From an uncultured Chloroflexia bacterium (GTDB lineage Bacteria > Chloroflexota > Limnocylindria > Limnocylindrales > CSP1-4): 64,000 bases of DNA. The stretch lies in NCBI GenBank assembly GCA_963713975.1, contig OY970218.1, forward strand, positions 992,001 to 1,056,000. The letters are read 5' to 3'. The notes under the pieces were generated by a model. The model ran no database searches and had not been told where the DNA came from. It saw only the letters and a list, made by a program, of their open reading frames with translations. Position 1 is the stretch's first letter. Each line of letters starts with the position of its first letter. Both the position numbers and the translations under genes were made by a program. Below are positions 20,741 through 30,318 of this stretch, piece after piece.

Positions 20741-23700
20741 GTGCCGTCCGTGTCCCAGAACCCGTCGGGTTCCACCCACCATCGCTTGACCCACAGGACA
20801 TCTCGTGAGGGGCGCGTCCGCCTCCGGCGTCTCGGGTCGCTCCTGCTGACCGGGCTCCTGCTCGCCCAGGCTGTACCCGTGCTCGGCGCCGGCGTCACGG
20901 TCGTGGCCAACGTGGGGACCTGGGCGGGAGATGGCCCAGGCACGACCGCGACCGTCCTGGACGGAACCGGCGGGCTCGCCCAGTTCGACTACAGCCTCAA
21001 TCGAGGCGGCGACTTCGACGCGAAGTCCTGGTCGTTCCAGACGACCGCGACCAGCTCGGGCACCGTGCCCATGACCTGGCGCCTCACCGGCTTCCATGCG
21101 TGGTACCAGGTCACCTTGGGCCTCGAGGCGTACGTCAAGCCACAGGGCGGCGCGCCCGCGTACACGTCCGTCCTCGGCGCAGGTCCCGCGAACTGCTGCA
21201 CTGAGCCGTCCGGTGGCTTCGACTACGCCGGCACGACCAGCCTCACGGTCCAGGCGGGCGATGAGTTCGGCTTCCGGATCACCGGCGACAACTACGACGC
21301 CAACAACGTCCTCCAGGGCTCCCTCAGGGTCGGCCTCAACGTGGTCTCGAATGGCGGCTTCGAGGATCCGGCCATCCAGCACACGGCGACCTTCGACACC
21401 TACGGCTCCCAGTCGAGCCAGCTCACCGGCTGGGACGTGACGACAGGATCCATCGATCACATCGGCGAGTACTGGCACGCGGCGGAGGGGGACCAGTCCG
21501 TCGACCTCGACGGCTCCGCGGCAGGCACCATCACGCAGACGGTCCCGACCGTCCCGAACCAGGCGTACCGCGTCGCATTCCAGTACTCGGCCAACGGCGA
21601 CCGGCCCGCGGCCCAGGCCAAGCCCAAGATGATCGTGAAGGCGGATGGCACGTCGCTGGGCACCTTCGACCACGGCTTCGCCGCCGCCAACCCGAACATC
21701 AACTGGGCGGCAGGTGAGGCGTCGTTCGTCGCGACCGGGACATCCACAGTGCTCTCGTTCGTCTCGGACGACGACGCCGCGTCGCCATGGGGGATCGCAC
21801 TCGACGCGATCACGGTCGTGCCGGACCTCTCGATCGTGCCCGCACCGCCCGGCTTCTCCTTTGACGCGCCGGGGGCCGGCGCCACCGACGCTGATCCGCT
21901 CGAGTTGACGCCCGGGACGAGCCACGAGGTCACGATCCCGGTCGTGCTCACGCACGGCGCCACCAGCGTCGACGTGGGCGTGGCGGGCGTCGCGCCCGCG
22001 GCCTCCGGGGTTAGCGCGACGGCGATCGCCACCGCAACGGAGACCGCCACCGTCACGGTGTCGGCCGCGGCCAACGCCCCCGCGGGGAACTCCGTGGTGA
22101 CCGTGGCCGGCAACGTCGGCTCCGTGTCCGACACCGTGCCCATCTACGTCACGGTGCTGCCACCTGCGCCCGACTTCTCGTTCGGGACGCCGAGCGCCGG
22201 TAGCGACAGCGGGCAGCCGCTGAGCGTGGCGCAGGGCACGAGCGCCCAGAGCCTTGTCGGCGTGAGCCTGCTCAACGGCGCTGCCAGCGTCGCCACCTCC
22301 GTCGAGGTCAATCCCGCGGGCGGCGGCGTCACGGCGACGACCGGCGCGACCGCGACGACCTCCGCGGCGGTGGTCATCTCCGCCGGCCCGGACACGGAGC
22401 CCGGCACCTACCAGGTGACCCTCAGCGGTGCGGTCGGGGACCTGTCCCACGACGCGATCATCCACGTGAGCGTGCCGGCGCCGGCAGCTGTTGGCATCCC
22501 GCAGCTGACCAACGCCTACCACGCGGCCGGAGCGGCGACCACGCTGGTCGCCGGGCGCATCACGGCGACCGCCAACACGACGTACACGATTGGTTTCGCC
22601 TCGGCGGCCTCCTGCCCCAGCGGCATCTTCCCCGTGGGATCGACCGACTTCGGCGCGATCTCCGTGACCACGGACAGCAATGGCAACGCGTTCTTCAACT
22701 CGACCACGCCCCCGGGCGCCGTGACCGGTCATCCGGAAACCGGCGAGTCGTTCATCGCAGCCCACGTGACGGGTCCCCATGGACGGAACTCCGGCTTCTC
22801 GCCGTGCGTGGTCAACAGCCCGGACAACGACACCTGGCCGCGCGCATTGCTCCTCAGCGGCAACGGCGGACCGGCACCGGCCGGGACGTGGATCGACCAG
22901 CCCGGCGCGGCCCGCTGGTTCAAGGTGCATGTCGTCCCGGGCGGCAGCGTGACGCTCGACCTGTCGAACGTCCCGGCGGACTACGACGTCTACCTGTTCC
23001 GCGACATCCAGCAGACCTATGACGCCCTGACGACCGAGCAGGACCTCGTCAAGATGAGCGCGGAGTTCGCGGGATCGGGCTTCAGTGGCTCCGGTTTCAG
23101 CGGGTCCGGCTTCAGTGGCTCGGGGTTCTCGGGCTCCGGGTTCTCGGGCTCGGGCTTCAGTGGCTCGGGGTTCTCAGGCTCGGGGTTCAGCCCTGACTCC
23201 TACTCGGGCTCCGGGTTCAGCGGTTCCGGCTTCAGTGGCTCCGGGTTCAGCGGTTCCGGCTTCAGCGGTTCCGGCTTCAGTGGCTCCGGGTTCAGCGGCT
23301 CGGGCTTCAGTGGCTCCGGGTTCAGCGGTTCCGGGTTCTCCGCCGACAGCTTCTCCGCGGCGCAGGTGTACAGCCTGATCGCCTGGTCCAACAACCTGGG
23401 CCTGGCGACCGAGCACGCGGCGTCCAACACATGGACGAGCACCGGTGACTTCTACATCCGCGTCAACGGCAAGAACGGCGTCGCAAGCCTCGATCAGCCA
23501 TTCACGCTCGAGGTCGCTTTGGACGGCAACCTCTGCTCCGGGGTCAACCCGAGCAATCTCAACCCAATCGCGGTCGATTCAGGCCTTGGTTCTCTCAGCA
23601 CCCTCATCCTCACCGACACCTCCCGCTTCGGCGGGGCGGCGACATCGACGATGGTGTCGAAGCTCGGCGAAGTCGGTCACGTGGTTGACCTGGCGGCCGA

Positions 23701-26700
23701 CGGCCGCGTCCAGGCGCTCCAGGCCCAGGCCGACGAGAACGCCGGCTGCGTCTATGCGAAGAACCTCGTGGCCTCCGCTGCCAAGGACGTCGTGGACGCC
23801 TATCGCTCCGCCTACCCCAGCGTCAGGTACATCGTCCTCGCGGGTGGGGACGATGTAGTCCCGTTCTTCCGTTACCCGGACACCTCTTCGATCGGCCCGG
23901 AGGTCAACTACTTCCCGCCGGTCGAGAGCAGCTCCACCTCGGAGGCCAGCCTCCGCAGCAACTACACCCTGGGCCAGGACGCGTACGGCTCCACCATGTC
24001 GATCTCGCACGGACCGGTCGACTTCCCGATCCCCGGCCTCCCGGTCGGGCGACTCGTGGAGTCACCGTCCGAGATCACGGGCATGGCGCAGGCGTACCTC
24101 GACCAACACACCGTGATCCCCGGAACCTCGCTGGTGACCGGCTACGACTTCATCGCGGATGCGGCCGCCTCGATCAAGGGCAGCCTTGACGCGGGCACGG
24201 GGCAGGCGGGGCAGGCCCTCGTCGACCCATATGGCGCCTCGCCGGCCACCGGTTGGAACGCCACCGCCCTCAAGAGCGCACTTCTCGGCAGCAGGAACGA
24301 CATCACCTTCCTGGGCGGGCACTTCAGCGCCAACAGCGCCCTGGCGGCCGACTTCACCACCGTCATGACGACCGACGACTTCGCCGCGTCGCCGACCAAC
24401 TTCGCCAACACCATCATCTTCAGCATCGGCTGCCATTCGGGCTACAACCTCGTGGACGCCCACGGCATCCCGAACGTCACCCGAACGCTCGACTGGCCGC
24501 AGGTGTTCTCGCAGCGCCAGGTGACCTCGATCCTGGGCACCGGCTACCAGTACGGTGACACCGACTTCATCGAGTACAGCGAGCGCATCTACAGCGAGTT
24601 CTCGAAGCAGCTGCTCTACGGGAGCGGCCCCGTCGGGATCGGCAACGCCCTCGTTGCAGCCAAGCTCGCCTACCTCAAGGAGACACCGGCCGTCGGCGAC
24701 CTCCACGAGAAGGCGCTCCTCGAGTCGGCCCTCTACGGACTGCCGATGCTGGGCATCGACATGCCGTCCGGCCGCACCCCGGCACCGTCGGACTCGTCCG
24801 CGATTCCGCTGACGCCGTTCGGCACCGAGCCCGGTATCACGACCGGTCTCCGCTACCACGATATCGACCAGTCGACGCCGAGCGTCGAGAAGACCAAGAC
24901 GCTCAACGTCCAGGGCGGTGGCACGCTGACCGCCAGGTACCTCACCGCTCCCGGCGGTGGTGTCCTGACGACGCCCGGCGCGCCGGTCCTGCCGCTCTAT
25001 TCGACGAGCGCCAGGGCGAGCGATGCCGGGTATGTCCTGCGTGGCGTCGGGTTCCTCGGCGGTGCGTATTCGGACGCGTCCGTCACGCCGTTGACCGGTG
25101 CGCCCGGCACCGAGCTGCAGTCGGCCCACACCTCCTTCTCCTCGCCGACCTTCTATCCCACCGAGATGTGGTCCGCCAACTACTTCGACGCGCTGGGAGG
25201 GGGCGGCGGCGTCACCCTGTTCACCACCCCGGCCCAGCACCGGGCGGACGTGCCGGGAGGCGATGTCGTAACGCTCAGGACCTACGGCAACCTCAACCTC
25301 CGGCTGTTCTACAGCAACACCACGGCCAGCGGTTCCAAGTCCGCGCCGCCCGCCATCTATGGGGTCAGGAGCGACCTGGAGACCGGGGCCAACCCGCCCA
25401 CCAGGATCACGGCCCACGTCGTGGGCGATCCCAAGGCCGACGTCCAGCAGGTCTGGGTGACGTACACGGAGCCCGGTAGCGGCCTGTGGGGGTCATTCGA
25501 ACTCGTGCGGGACGGGACCGACCCGACGCTCTGGGCCCGGTCGATGGCGCTCGCCGCCGGCACGCAGTTCATCGTCCAGGCGGTGAACGGCTTCGGCGTC
25601 GTCAGTCGCAACGACAACTCCGCCGCGTACTACCAGGCCGGCGTCGCCGCCACCACCCCCGCACCCGGCAGCATCGAGCTCTCCGGCGCGACCGATGGTG
25701 CGTACGGGTCGACGGCCTCGGTCACCGCGACGCTCAAGAGCGGCGGGACGCCGGTTGCCGCCGGGAGGCTGGTGACCTTGACGCTCGGCTCCGTGACCCG
25801 GAGCGGGCACACGAACGGGAATGGCAAGGTCACCGTGTCGATGCCGCTCTCGGCAGGCGCCGGCACCTACCCGCTCACCGCCACCTTCCTGGGTGACGCT
25901 GAAACAGCGCCAGCCTCTGCCGCCGAGTCGTTCACCATCATCGCCGCGACATCGTCAACGACCATCACGTGCCCGGCCTCGGTGGGCTACTCAGGCAGTG
26001 CCCAGTCGCCGTGCACGGCCGTTGCCGAGGGCGCCGGCGGTCTCTACCAGCCCCTGGCTGTCGCCTACTCCGACAACCTCAATCCTGGGACCGCGACCGC
26101 GACCGCGACGTTCTACGGTGACGCCGCCCACGTGGGCAGCGACGCGACAACGACATTCGCGATCACCAAGCTTGGCCAGACGATCACGTTCTCCTCACCC
26201 GCGCCGGTCCCGGCGCCGACGAAGCTCACCACCGATCCCGACTTCACGGTGGTGGCGACCGCATCCTCGTCGCTGCCGGTGGCCCTCAGCGCCTCTGGCA
26301 GTTGCACGATCACGGGCCAGACCGTCCACATCACCGGGATCGGCACCTGCACGATCAAGGCGAACCAGGCCGGTACGCAGATCTACAGCGCGGCACCCGA
26401 GGAGGTGCTCAACATCAGCGTGACCTGGCCCTTCGACGGGTTCCTCTGGCCGGTGGCCAACCCGCCGACGATCAACATCGCCAGGGCGGGAGGCTGGGTT
26501 CCTCTGCGGTTCAGTCTCGGTGGCGACCGTGGCCTCGGCATCATCCAGGGTGGGGCACCCACCGTCTCGGAGATTGCATGCCCGGTCGGGCCTCCAGCCG
26601 CAACCGTCGACCAGACGGGGGCTTTCCAGGCGAAGTTGATCTACGTGAAGCTGACCGGTCGCTACCTGTATGCCTGGAAGGTGCCCCAGGCGTACAAGAA

Positions 26701-26770
26701 CCGGTGCTACCAGCTCCAGCTCAAGCTCGTGGACGGATCGACCCACCTGGCCAACTTCAAGTTCAGGTAG
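20741..26770 (+). CDS. Large secreted multidomain protein: DUF642-like, SGSGF repeats, C25/gingipain-like peptidase, Ig-like domains, PxKF-type C-terminus
   Basis: Signal peptide; NGGFE...SVDLDG; VLAGGDDVVPF, VGRL, GGHFS, IGCHSG, LYGLP; C-terminal FDGFLWPV...VPLRFSL. Confidence 0.82.
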   Translation: MPSVSQNPSGSTHHRLTHRTSREGRVRLRRLGSLLLTGLLLAQAVPVLGAGVTVVANVGTWAGDGPGTTATVLDGTGGLAQFDYSLNRGGDFDAKSWSFQTTATSSGTVPMTWRLTGFHAWYQVTLGLEAYVKPQGGAPAYTSVLGAGPANCCTEPSGGFDYAGTTSLTVQAGDEFGFRITGDNYDANNVLQGSLRVGLNVVSNGGFEDPAIQHTATFDTYGSQSSQLTGWDVTTGSIDHIGEYWHAAEGDQSVDLDGSAAGTITQTVPTVPNQAYRVAFQYSANGDRPAAQAKPKMIVKADGTSLGTFDHGFAAANPNINWAAGEASFVATGTSTVLSFVSDDDAASPWGIALDAITVVPDLSIVPAPPGFSFDAPGAGATDADPLELTPGTSHEVTIPVVLTHGATSVDVGVAGVAPAASGVSATAIATATETATVTVSAAANAPAGNSVVTVAGNVGSVSDTVPIYVTVLPPAPDFSFGTPSAGSDSGQPLSVAQGTSAQSLVGVSLLNGAASVATSVEVNPAGGGVTATTGATATTSAAVVISAGPDTEPGTYQVTLSGAVGDLSHDAIIHVSVPAPAAVGIPQLTNAYHAAGAATTLVAGRITATANTTYTIGFASAASCPSGIFPVGSTDFGAISVTTDSNGNAFFNSTTPPGAVTGHPETGESFIAAHVTGPHGRNSGFSPCVVNSPDNDTWPRALLLSGNGGPAPAGTWIDQPGAARWFKVHVVPGGSVTLDLSNVPADYDVYLFRDIQQTYDALTTEQDLVKMSAEFAGSGFSGSGFSGSGFSGSGFSGSGFSGSGFSGSGFSGSGFSPDSYSGSGFSGSGFSGSGFSGSGFSGSGFSGSGFSGSGFSGSGFSGSGFSADSFSAAQVYSLIAWSNNLGLATEHAASNTWTSTGDFYIRVNGKNGVASLDQPFTLEVALDGNLCSGVNPSNLNPIAVDSGLGSLSTLILTDTSRFGGAATSTMVSKLGEVGHVVDLAADGRVQALQAQADENAGCVYAKNLVASAAKDVVDAYRSAYPSVRYIVLAGGDDVVPFFRYPDTSSIGPEVNYFPPVESSSTSEASLRSNYTLGQDAYGSTMSISHGPVDFPIPGLPVGRLVESPSEITGMAQAYLDQHTVIPGTSLVTGYDFIADAAASIKGSLDAGTGQAGQALVDPYGASPATGWNATALKSALLGSRNDITFLGGHFSANSALAADFTTVMTTDDFAASPTNFANTIIFSIGCHSGYNLVDAHGIPNVTRTLDWPQVFSQRQVTSILGTGYQYGDTDFIEYSERIYSEFSKQLLYGSGPVGIGNALVAAKLAYLKETPAVGDLHEKALLESALYGLPMLGIDMPSGRTPAPSDSSAIPLTPFGTEPGITTGLRYHDIDQSTPSVEKTKTLNVQGGGTLTARYLTAPGGGVLTTPGAPVLPLYSTSARASDAGYVLRGVGFLGGAYSDASVTPLTGAPGTELQSAHTSFSSPTFYPTEMWSANYFDALGGGGGVTLFTTPAQHRADVPGGDVVTLRTYGNLNLRLFYSNTTASGSKSAPPAIYGVRSDLETGANPPTRITAHVVGDPKADVQQVWVTYTEPGSGLWGSFELVRDGTDPTLWARSMALAAGTQFIVQAVNGFGVVSRNDNSAAYYQAGVAATTPAPGSIELSGATDGAYGSTASVTATLKSGGTPVAAGRLVTLTLGSVTRSGHTNGNGKVTVSMPLSAGAGTYPLTATFLGDAETAPASAAESFTIIAATSSTTITCPASVGYSGSAQSPCTAVAEGAGGLYQPLAVAYSDNLNPGTATATATFYGDAAHVGSDATTTFAITKLGQTITFSSPAPVPAPTKLTTDPDFTVVATASSSLPVALSASGSCTITGQTVHITGIGTCTIKANQAGTQIYSAAPEEVLNISVTWPFDGFLWPVANPPTINIARAGGWVPLRFSLGGDRGLGIIQGGAPTVSEIACPVGPPAATVDQTGAFQAKLIYVKLTGRYLYAWKVPQAYKNRCYQLQLKLVDGSTHLANFKFR
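23069..23353 (+). repeat. 15-bp coding tandem repeat (SGSGF)n
   Basis: 8 units, SPDSY, 9 units, SADSF; synonymous codons vary between units. Confidence 0.95.
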
Positions 26771-26808
26771 GTCTCACCTCGAACAGCACGCCCCGGCGTC
26801 CCCCGGGA

Positions 26809-26841
26809 GAGAGAAGCCCCGCCATCGGCGGGGCTTCTCTC
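26809..26841 (+). terminator. Intrinsic terminator-like hairpin after the large secreted protein
   Basis: GAGAGAAGCCCCGCC-ATC-GGCGGGGCTTCTCTC, perfect 15-bp stem. Confidence 0.75.
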
Positions 26842-26938
26842 ATGGCGGCTGGAGCTCCTTGGTCGCCCTGGACCACGCCGGAACCCAGGACAGGCCCGTC
26901 CATCGGGTTTGCGCGTGACTCCACGCCCGGACGCAGGA

Positions 26939-26961
26939 CGGCCCCGCCATCGGCGGGGCCG
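26939..26961 (-). terminator. Hairpin downstream of rpmE
   Basis: CGGCCCCGCC-ATC-GGCGGGGCCG; no clear U-tract. Confidence 0.55.
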
Positions 26962-26986
26962 CTATGTTGTCGCGAGAGAACCGGCG

Positions 26987-27199
26987 TCAGGCGCGGACCT
27001 GGCGCTCCATGCGGCGCTGGAACCGCTCGACCTGGCCGGCGGTGTCGATGATGTTCTGCTTGCCCGTGTAGAACGGGTGGCAGTTGCTGCACACGTCGAC
27101 CCGCAACTCCTCGCGGGTCGAGCCGACCTCGAAGTCGGTGCCGCACGAGCCGCAATGGACCTTCGCCTGGTGGTACGTGGGATGGATGCTGGGCTTCAC
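26987..27199 (-). CDS. rpmE: 50S ribosomal protein L31 (Zn-binding type)
   Basis: MKPSIHP...CGSC...CSNCHPFYTG. Confidence 0.97.
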   Translation of the reverse strand: MKPSIHPTYHQAKVHCGSCGTDFEVGSTREELRVDVCSNCHPFYTGKQNIIDTAGQVERFQRRMERQVRA

Positions 27200-27269
27200 G
27201 GGTGCTCCTTCGACGCCGTCCGCGCGGGATCGTGCCCGCCGGTGGTCGCCGCTGTGGGAAGGTCCGGCA

Positions 27270-27566
27270 CTAGGCCTCGGTCGCGACCGGCTCGGCCGCG
27301 GCCAATTCGGTTGCGACCGGGATGATCCGGACGCGCTTCTTGTCGCGGGTCTCGTGCTCGAAGCGCACCTTCCCGTCGATCTTGGCGAAGATCGTGTAGT
27401 CGTGACCCAGACCGGCGCCCTCGCCCGCCTTGAAGGTCATGCCGCGCTGGCGGACGATAATCGATCCGGCCGTGACGAACTGGCCGTCACCGGCCTTCAC
27501 GCCCAGCCGCTGGCCGGCGCTGTCGCGGCCGTTCTTGACGCTGCCGCCTGCCTTCTTGTGCGCCAT
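27270..27566 (-). CDS. rpmA: 50S ribosomal protein L27
   Basis: [16 protein letters not shown]...RLGVK. Confidence 0.97.
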   Translation of the reverse strand: MAHKKAGGSVKNGRDSAGQRLGVKAGDGQFVTAGSIIVRQRGMTFKAGEGAGLGHDYTIFAKIDGKVRFEHETRDKKRVRIIPVATELAAAEPVATEA

Positions 27567-27568
27567 CG

Positions 27569-28552
27569 CTAGCCGTCCTTCTTGGTGCGCGCGGCCCGCT
27601 TGCGCGGCGCGGCATCGCTGGTGCTGGTCTCATCCGATTCGGGCTCGGAGTGGCCCTCGGCCTCGGCCACGTTGCGCCGGACCACGTCCAGTGCGCGGAC
27701 GACGCCGGACTTGCTCGAGAACCCCTGCTCCGGGATCGCCAGGAGCTCGCCGTTGGAGGCGCGGAGGCGCCAGCGCCACTCGCCCGCCTTGTCCTCGTAG
27801 ATTTCGAAGCCCGTGATGTTCTTGGACTCGTCGTCGCCCTCGGGAGCCTCCTCGTGGCCCTCGGCCTCGGCCACGTTGCGCCGGACCACGTCCAGGGCGC
27901 GGACGACGCCGGACTTGCTCGAGAACCCCTGCTCGGACATGGCGACGAGCTCGCCGTTGGAGGCGCGGAGGCGCCAGCGCCACTCGCCCGCCTTGTCCTC
28001 GTAGATCTCGAAGGCCATGGATTCCTTCGCGTCCGCCTCGGGCGCCTCGGCGGTGGCTGTCTTGGCGCGCGTCCTCTTGGGTGCGGCAGGCGTGGCCTCC
28101 GCCTCGGGGGCGGCGACCTTGAGCCTGGCTGCCAGCGCGGCATCCTCGGCAGCCTGGCGTGCGGCGGCCTCCTCGAGACGCTGCTTCTGCTCCGCCTTGG
28201 ACGGGGCGGCCTCCGCCGTGCCCTCGGCCGCGCTCTTGCCGCCGAAGCGGATGTCGGCGATCCGGAGCACGGTCAGGTTCTGTCGGTGGCCCTTCTTGAC
28301 CCGTCGGCGGGCCTTGGGACGGTATTTGAAGGCGATGACCTTGTCGGCCCGGGTGGCGCCCACGACGTAGGCGTCGACAGCCGCGCCGTCAACGGTGGGA
28401 GTCCCGACGGCCGCATCGGCTCCGTCGGCGACGAGGAGGACCCGGTCCAGCGTGATGGACTGGCCGGGCTCAACGTCAAGCAGCTCCACCTCAAGCTCGG
28501 TGCCGACCTCGACGCGGTACTGCTTCCCGCCGGTCTCGATGACTGCGTACAT
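27569..28552 (-). CDS. rplU: 50S ribosomal protein L21 with C-terminal tandem DUF1508/YegP-like domains
   Basis: [14 protein letters not shown]...KGHRQ, then an Ala/Glu-rich linker and two copies of [21 protein letters not shown]; 327 aa. Confidence 0.92.
   Translation of the reverse strand: MYAVIETGGKQYRVEVGTELEVELLDVEPGQSITLDRVLLVADGADAAVGTPTVDGAAVDAYVVGATRADKVIAFKYRPKARRRVKKGHRQNLTVLRIADIRFGGKSAAEGTAEAAPSKAEQKQRLEEAAARQAAEDAALAARLKVAAPEAEATPAAPKRTRAKTATAEAPEADAKESMAFEIYEDKAGEWRWRLRASNGELVAMSEQGFSSKSGVVRALDVVRRNVAEAEGHEEAPEGDDESKNITGFEIYEDKAGEWRWRLRASNGELLAIPEQGFSSKSGVVRALDVVRRNVAEAEGHSEPESDETSTSDAAPRKRAARTKKDG
27650..28013 (-). repeat. Near-identical direct repeat (~160 bp, 204-bp period) inside rplU
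   Basis: Copies begin at about 27650 and 27854 with few mismatches. Confidence 0.9.
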
Positions 28553-28694
28553 GGGTCCTCGGAAAAACGTGGCGGCCGCGGGCGACCGCGACGTGGACAT
28601 GGTGAGGCGCCCTGCAACCATCGCGGGCGCGAACGGAGAGTGTAGGGTGGATGCGTGAACCGGGTCAAACAGCGCCCTGACCAGGTCTGCCCGA

Positions 28695-29477
28695 TCAACC
28701 CGGGCGCCCGGCACCCGGAGTGGACAGGCGGCGCGGCGCGGGCGCAGACGGACGTGGGTTCGCGAGGACGAGCCGCTCTCGTACGAGACAGGTGGGCTGC
28801 AGCGCCACGCCCATGACGTCACCCAGTGCGGCGAGGCACTCGTCCGGCCGACCGACGCCCTTCTCCGGGTCGTGGCGGAGCGTCATCCGGACCACGCAAC
28901 CGTCCTCGGTACGGGCAATCTCCACCGCGTCGATGAACGGCCGCAGGTCGTACACCACGACTCCATCCCCCTTCTTCCGCTCGCGCGGCAAAGAGACGGC
29001 GGCGATCAGCGTGCGGGCGGCAGCCTCGAGTGGGGCGGCACCGTGAGCGCCCGGGGCAAGGTGCGCCCGGTACACGGACGCGACGACACGGCCAGGCAGC
29101 GCAGCCTCGCCCAGCCACACGTCGGACAGGTCCACGAGCCGCGATCCGGCCGGCATGACGCCCACGAGCGCCTCCCGGACGCGCCAGACCGGCAGTCGGT
29201 CCACGAGCCAGATGTCGACCAGCTCGGCCTCGCCTGCAATCGATGCCGCGAGCGGGGCTGCGGGCGCGAACCTGGGCCGGGGTTTGGGTGCGTCAAGGCC
29301 GGCCAGCGGCAGGGCGGATGCGGTGAGCGCGATCTCCCAGCCGGACGCCTGTTCACGCTGTGCCGCTTCCGGACCGGCGTCCCGGGTCACAACGAGGCGC
29401 CACCGCTGGACCGCCTCGCGCGGCCGCATGGGTGGGCTGTCGGATAGCCCTTTGGGGTCATCGGATGCGCTATTCAC
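28695..29477 (-). CDS. DUF2344 / TIGR03936 radical-SAM-associated family protein
   Basis: PRPRFAPAAPL...GEAELVDI, RERKKG..YDLRPFI, GRP; position upstream of rplU is typical; start uncertain. Confidence 0.72.
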   Translation of the reverse strand: MNSASDDPKGLSDSPPMRPREAVQRWRLVVTRDAGPEAAQREQASGWEIALTASALPLAGLDAPKPRPRFAPAAPLAASIAGEAELVDIWLVDRLPVWRVREALVGVMPAGSRLVDLSDVWLGEAALPGRVVASVYRAHLAPGAHGAAPLEAAARTLIAAVSLPRERKKGDGVVVYDLRPFIDAVEIARTEDGCVVRMTLRHDPEKGVGRPDECLAALGDVMGVALQPTCLVRERLVLANPRPSAPAPRRLSTPGAGRPG

Positions 29478-29596
29478 AGGTGTTAGTCTGCGGCCGATGG
29501 AGCCAGCCGTCGCGCGTCATCGCGTCCTCCTTTTCGGGGCGGGGCCGGGACCGCGGTCTGGCCCTTCGTGGAGGCACTGCAGCGCGTGATCCGCCC

Positions 29597-30310
29597 GTGA
29601 GCATTCCGGACCCGTACAAGGTCCTCCAGGTGGACCCGGAGGCCGAAGACGAGGTCATCGAGGCTGCCTACAAGCGCCTTGCCCGCAAGTACCACCCCGA
29701 CGTCTCGCCGGACCCGGCGTCCGTGGATCGCATGGTCAGCATCAACCAGGCGTGGGAGATGCTTCGGGACCCGATCCGGCGCGCCGCTGCGGATCGCGCG
29801 CGCACGCGCAACGCCGGCGCCACGGCAAGCGCAGCGGCCGCTGAGGGCCGGGCACGGGCGACGGCACAGGCGCGCCCGGATCCGGCCGCCGCCCGCAGGC
29901 CCGCTGCTTCGGCACGCCCCCCGAGGGGAGTCCATCCGGACTGGCCGTTCTCGGGCATGCAGAACCCGGGTGCGGGAGGGTTCGAGCCTGGCGGCGCCGG
30001 CGGAGCGTCCAACTGGACGCCCGGCAGGTCCACCGAGGGCTCGCAGTACAGCACGCGCACCATGGGCGCCGGCAGCGCCGGCGCGCCACCCGGCAATCCG
30101 TCCGGGAGCCTTGTGAACTTCGGCCGGTACGACGGATGGACTTTGGGCGAGATCGCACGTAGGGATCCCGAATACCTCGAGTGGCTGAGCCGGATGCCGA
30201 TCGGGCGAACCTACCAAGCCGAGATCGATGTGCTCCTCCGCCAGCATGGGCTCCGGTCCGCGGCACCCGAGCACGGTAAGGGCCGGCGCGGCCTCTTCCG
30301 CCGCCGCTGA
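29597..30310 (+). CDS. J-domain (DnaJ-like) protein
   Basis: DPYKVL...YKRLARKYHPD; C-terminal FGRYDGWTLGEI..YLEWL domain. Confidence 0.88.
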   Translation: MSIPDPYKVLQVDPEAEDEVIEAAYKRLARKYHPDVSPDPASVDRMVSINQAWEMLRDPIRRAAADRARTRNAGATASAAAAEGRARATAQARPDPAAARRPAASARPPRGVHPDWPFSGMQNPGAGGFEPGGAGGASNWTPGRSTEGSQYSTRTMGAGSAGAPPGNPSGSLVNFGRYDGWTLGEIARRDPEYLEWLSRMPIGRTYQAEIDVLLRQHGLRSAAPEHGKGRRGLFRRR

Positions 30311-30318
30311 CCAGGGTC

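Noticed and set aside
20489-22930. Long antisense or alternate-frame ORFs (e.g. 20489..22930 -, 41629..43518 +, 45454..47154 -, 38299..39906 -)
   Set aside because: Shadow ORFs typical of high-GC codon bias; they overlap well-supported genes and show no motifs.
23069-23353. Possible CRISPR array or VNTR
   Set aside because: No spacers, and variation is confined to synonymous positions, so it is a coding repeat.
28553-28822. N-terminal extension of L21 in the ORF track
   Set aside because: The canonical [12 protein letters not shown] start with a GAGG RBS lies at 28552.
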